From NCBI GenBank assembly GCA_016187835.1, contig JACPIY010000050.1, positions 1,369 to 65,368 on the forward strand: a DNA stretch of 64,000 nt, written 5' to 3'. Below are positions 60,677-64,000 of the stretch, piece by piece. Numbering within the stretch: position 1 is the stretch's first letter; each line of letters begins with the position of its first letter. This DNA is from Deltaproteobacteria bacterium. GTDB lineage: Bacteria; Desulfobacterota_D; UBA1144; Nemesobacterales; CSP1-2. The translations under genes were made by a program, and so were the position numbers. The notes under the pieces were generated by a model that was given only the letters and a program-made list of their open reading frames with translations, was not told the origin of the DNA and made no database searches.

Positions 60677-61402
60677 ATGGGAAACGCGAAAGAATTAAGT
60701 CAGGGAGAACTTAGTGCTTTTAAGGAAAAATACGAAAAACTCCTTGCTGAGAATCCATCTTCGGTTGTTTTTGTTTTTCTTGGAGAGATTTTAATAAAAT
60801 TAGGAGAGGTTGATAGGGCAGCCGATGTCTTAATTCAGGGTTTAAAACACAATCCGCAAAATATCACTGCAAAATTCATTCTTGGGAAGATATACTATGA
60901 CAGGCAAATGATAGATGAAGCAAAAAGAGAGATGGAAGAGATCGTACAATCCGCTCCCGATAACGCAGCCGCATGCAAAATTCTCATTCAAATCTGTAGA
61001 GACGAAGGCAAACTAGACAAGGCGATTGATGTTGCCCATTCAGTCGCTTTCTTCTTTCCCGGGGATAATGAAATAGCTGAGATTATAGAGGAGTTAAAAA
61101 AAGGAATCCCCCTTGCCGAAGAAAAAGAGAAAGAGCTGCTCCTGGCTCAACAGAAGGAACATGGGTCTCCTGAATACCCCAGCGATGAAGAGCTAGAGCC
61201 CTTTTCAGGGTTATTAAAGGGTAAAATCTATACAGAGACTATGGCCGATCTCTATATGAACCAGGGATTATATGAGGATGCCTTTGAGATTCTTGCAAAA
61301 CTCTATGAACTCGATCCTCAAAATCTCTCAGTCCGGATGAAACTGGAGGAAGCCAGGGCTTATTTAGTGAACAAAATAGCTGGTTTTACGATTAGGAAAT
61401 AA
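60677..61402 (+). CDS. Tetratricopeptide repeat protein
   Basis: TPR helices; C-terminal TETMADLYMNQG motif. Confidence 0.8.
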   Translation: MGNAKELSQGELSAFKEKYEKLLAENPSSVVFVFLGEILIKLGEVDRAADVLIQGLKHNPQNITAKFILGKIYYDRQMIDEAKREMEEIVQSAPDNAAACKILIQICRDEGKLDKAIDVAHSVAFFFPGDNEIAEIIEELKKGIPLAEEKEKELLLAQQKEHGSPEYPSDEELEPFSGLLKGKIYTETMADLYMNQGLYEDAFEILAKLYELDPQNLSVRMKLEEARAYLVNKIAGFTIRK

Positions 61403-61444
61403 TGTTATATTTCATCGGCGAAGTTAGACTAATGGAAATGAGCA

Positions 61445-61500
61445 GGATGCAAGATACAGGATGCAGGATACAAGCTTGATGTTTTAATACGTCTTGTATC
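61445..61500. repeat. 7-bp-unit element with a partial inverted arm
   Basis: ggatgca agataca ggatgca ggataca ... tcttgtatc. Confidence 0.7.
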
Positions 61501-61552
61501 GTTTTATAAGTGTCAATCAGCCACTGAATAACAACTAACGAAGGATGCAACG

Positions 61553-61987
61553 ATGAAAATCTTGATAGTTCACGGACCGAATCTTAATTTGCTTGGAAAG
61601 CGAGAGCCTGAAATCTATGGAACGACTACACTTGATGAAATCAACTCACTTTTGAAAAAAGAAGCAGAGACGCTGGGAATTGAAATTGAATTTTTTCAAT
61701 CAAATTCCGAAGGCGAGATTGTAACGAAAATCCAGGGGGCAATGGGCAAATTCGATGGGGTGGTGATTAATCCTGGCGCATATACTCATACAAGCATAGC
61801 AATAAGGGATGCAGTTGCTTCGACGGGTATTTCAACTGTAGAGGTGCATATCTCAAACGTCTATAAGCGTGAAGAGTTTAGACAGAAATCTTTTATATCA
61901 GGTGTAGCAGTCGGAGTAATTTCAGGATTTGGAGTGGACAGCTACTTGCTGGGGCTTAGGGGTTTGGTAAGTTATTTGAAGAACTGA
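61553..61987 (+). CDS. aroQ: Type II 3-dehydroquinate dehydratase
   Basis: [30 protein letters not shown]. Confidence 0.97.
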   Translation: MKILIVHGPNLNLLGKREPEIYGTTTLDEINSLLKKEAETLGIEIEFFQSNSEGEIVTKIQGAMGKFDGVVINPGAYTHTSIAIRDAVASTGISTVEVHISNVYKREEFRQKSFISGVAVGVISGFGVDSYLLGLRGLVSYLKN

Positions 61988-62030
61988 ATTTTTAGCTACG
62001 AATTAACACAGATGAACACGAATCAAATAG

Positions 62031-62124
62031 AAATTCCAAATAACAAATCACAAATTTCAAACAAGTTTCAAATTCTAAATGCTTGGCAATTGGAATTTGT
62101 TTGTGATTTGGAGTTTGGTCATTG
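62031..62124. repeat. 7-bp-unit hairpin
   Basis: aaattcc aaataac aaatcac aaatttc / ttggaatttgtttgtgatttggagtttgg; preceded by a partial copy of the 55-bp repeat (acacagatgaacacgaat). Confidence 0.8.
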
Positions 62125-62161
62125 TTGCTTTTTTATTCGTGACTGTATGATACTTTCTGGA

Positions 62162-62215
62162 GTAGGAGCTGCTTCTAGCTGCGAAACTTTGTCGCGCCAG
62201 GGATGGCGCTCCTAC
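62162..62215. repeat. GTAGGAGC...GCTCCTAC REP-like palindrome
   Basis: 8-bp terminal inverted repeat with GTAG/CTAC ends. Confidence 0.65.
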
Positions 62216-62226
62216 AATAAAACCAA

Positions 62227-63960
62227 ATGAAAAAGCACTGGTTTTTGGAAAAAGAAAATACAAAGCTCAAGGAAAAACTCACCAGGGCTCTCGGAATATC
62301 GCCCGTTACGGCCCAGGTTCTAATAAACCGTGGTATCGAGAACGAGACTGAAGCCGAGCTATTTTTTAAAAGCAGTCTTTTTGATCTCCCCTCCCCATAT
62401 CTTTTAAAGGGCATGGACAAAGCGGTAGAAAGAATAAAAATCGCTATAGAGAAAAAAGAGAAAATAGCGATATACGGAGACTACGACGTTGACGGTGTCA
62501 CGGCAACGGCTCTTTTTTACACCTTTCTAAATAATCTTGGTGCCAATGTTACCTACTACAACCCCGATAGAATAAAAGAAGGATACGGAGTGAATCTTGA
62601 GGCTATAGGGAAACTAAAAGACGAAGGAGTCTCGCTTATAATATCCGGTGATTGCGGAATCACGGCATGGAAAGAAGTGGAAGAGGCAAAGAAATTGGAA
62701 GTAGATTTTATAGTTACGGATCATCACGAGCCTCCTGAAATACTTCCTGACGCTGTATCGGTTTTAAACCCGCATCAATCCGGATGTCCTTACCCGGGAA
62801 AAGAGATAACAGGAGTCGGAGTAATATTTAACCTGGTAATCGGTCTTAGGAGGGCTCTAAGGGACTCAGGTTTTTTTAAAAACAATGAACCCCATGAGAA
62901 AGTCTCTGGGGGGTTCTCACGGGGTGAACCGAATCTCGGAGACTATCTCGACCTCGTTGCTCTGGGGACGGTTGCAGACTGTGCATCGCTTACGAACGTA
63001 AACCGGATATTTGTGAAGGAAGGAATAAAAAGAATGCTAAATTCCAAGCGCGCCGGCATGATTGCGCTAAAAGAGGTAAGCGGTATTCGGGAGGAAGTAA
63101 CTTCCTTTGATCTCGGTTTTAAGCTGGGTCCAAGGGTAAACGCATCTGGAAGGCTAAAGAGTGCGAGCGTTGCCGTTGAGCTATTAATCTCAGAGAACCT
63201 GGAAAAGGCAAGAGAACTAGCAAAAATCCTGAATCAAGAAAACTCCAAAAGGCAAAGCATTGAAGAAGAGATTTTTCTTGATGCCGTTTCACAAATCGAA
63301 TCAAATCCTAGCTTTCTAAACTCCAATTCCCTTGTCCTTGCCTCTCCAAATTGGCATCCGGGCGTGATAGGAATCGTGGCGTCAAAGATAGTCGAAAGAT
63401 ACCAGAGGCCCGCGATCCTTATTGCAATCGGAGATGACGGCATAGGAAAGGGGTCGGGGAGAAGCGTAGAGGGAATAAACATCTACTCAGCATTATCCGA
63501 GTGCAGAGAGTTATTCGAAAAATTCGGGGGACACGAGCTTGCGGCAGGAATGTCCATCAGAGAAGAGAACATTGATACTTTTAGAAAAATGCTTGAAAAA
63601 GCCGTCGAGAAATCTGATGGGGATTTTATCTCTAAGCTCAAGATTGATTGTCTTGTGGACTTAGCCGAAATTAGTGATTCTGTAGTCTCAGAGCTCGATC
63701 TCCTAGCCCCTTTCGGAATCGGGAACCCGGAGCCAGTTCTGCTTGCAAGATCGGCTCAGGTGATCTCTCAGCGCCTTCACAAGGATAAACATCTTGGTCT
63801 TAGGCTAAAACAAGGAGATAAAATCTTTGATGCGATCTGGTTTAATCTAAAGGAGCCAATCACCGTCCCCAACCGGATTGACGTTGTTTTCACACCTGAA
63901 TTCAACACCTGGAATGGCAAGAGAGAGATAAGGCTTAGAGTAAGGGATGTGGATTGGTAA
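62227..63960 (+). CDS. recJ: Single-stranded DNA exonuclease RecJ
   Basis: YGDYDVDG, DCG, TDHH, LGTVAD, GPRVNASGR, GSGRS, GGHELAAG. Confidence 0.97.
   Translation: MKKHWFLEKENTKLKEKLTRALGISPVTAQVLINRGIENETEAELFFKSSLFDLPSPYLLKGMDKAVERIKIAIEKKEKIAIYGDYDVDGVTATALFYTFLNNLGANVTYYNPDRIKEGYGVNLEAIGKLKDEGVSLIISGDCGITAWKEVEEAKKLEVDFIVTDHHEPPEILPDAVSVLNPHQSGCPYPGKEITGVGVIFNLVIGLRRALRDSGFFKNNEPHEKVSGGFSRGEPNLGDYLDLVALGTVADCASLTNVNRIFVKEGIKRMLNSKRAGMIALKEVSGIREEVTSFDLGFKLGPRVNASGRLKSASVAVELLISENLEKARELAKILNQENSKRQSIEEEIFLDAVSQIESNPSFLNSNSLVLASPNWHPGVIGIVASKIVERYQRPAILIAIGDDGIGKGSGRSVEGINIYSALSECRELFEKFGGHELAAGMSIREENIDTFRKMLEKAVEKSDGDFISKLKIDCLVDLAEISDSVVSELDLLAPFGIGNPEPVLLARSAQVISQRLHKDKHLGLRLKQGDKIFDAIWFNLKEPITVPNRIDVVFTPEFNTWNGKREIRLRVRDVDW
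62886..62930. repeat. 39-bp in-frame palindromic insert within recJ
   Basis: TGAACC direct repeat 39 nt apart; 12-bp stem accccatgagaa/ttctcacggggt. Confidence 0.7.
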
Positions 63961-64000
63961 AATAAACCGTAAAAATCTAAATTTGAACAAAAAGACAATG

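Noticed and set aside
418-63998. Numerous short antisense or overlapping ORFs in the supplied track
   Set aside because: They lie opposite or within well-supported genes, lack RBSs and motifs, and are expected by chance.
1-64000. tRNA, rRNA, tmRNA, SRP or RNase P RNA genes
   Set aside because: No T-loop/CCA cloverleaf or other conserved signature was found by eye in the intergenic regions; tRNAscan and Rfam would be decisive.

Overview
A ~40% GC bacterial chromosomal segment, probably from a deltaproteobacteria-like lineage (Ca. Dadabacteria is an inference from gene style and order, not established). Housekeeping genes are intact: argG, pgeF, rluD, pcrA/uvrD, dnaE, ftsY, ribD, nadD-rsfS, a dcw cluster (mraZ to ftsZ, no ddl), murJ, aroQ and recJ. 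Accessory genes are interspersed and many look damaged: two hybrid sensor kinases broken by a nonsense codon, a frameshift and an 8-bp duplication; a collapsed CHASE3/MASE1/receiver locus; a RAYT transposase remnant; and several enzymes with single changes at conserved catalytic residues. I saw no rRNA, tRNA, CRISPR array or intact transposase. The most unusual signals are non-coding: (i) at least 8 hairpins built from 7-bp tandem units, each with its own heptamer, sitting at gene 3' ends and often supplying the stop codon; (ii) a 39-bp palindrome inserted in frame in recJ with a 6-bp direct repeat; (iii) five sigma54 -24/-12 boxes (all TGGCAT-N5-TTGC), one in front of an alternative sigma70-family factor coupled to an orphan ORF; (iv) several REP/MITE-like families. 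There is also an orphan restriction-endonuclease-like gene with no adjacent methylase. All family assignments come from motif recognition by eye; no database searches were run.
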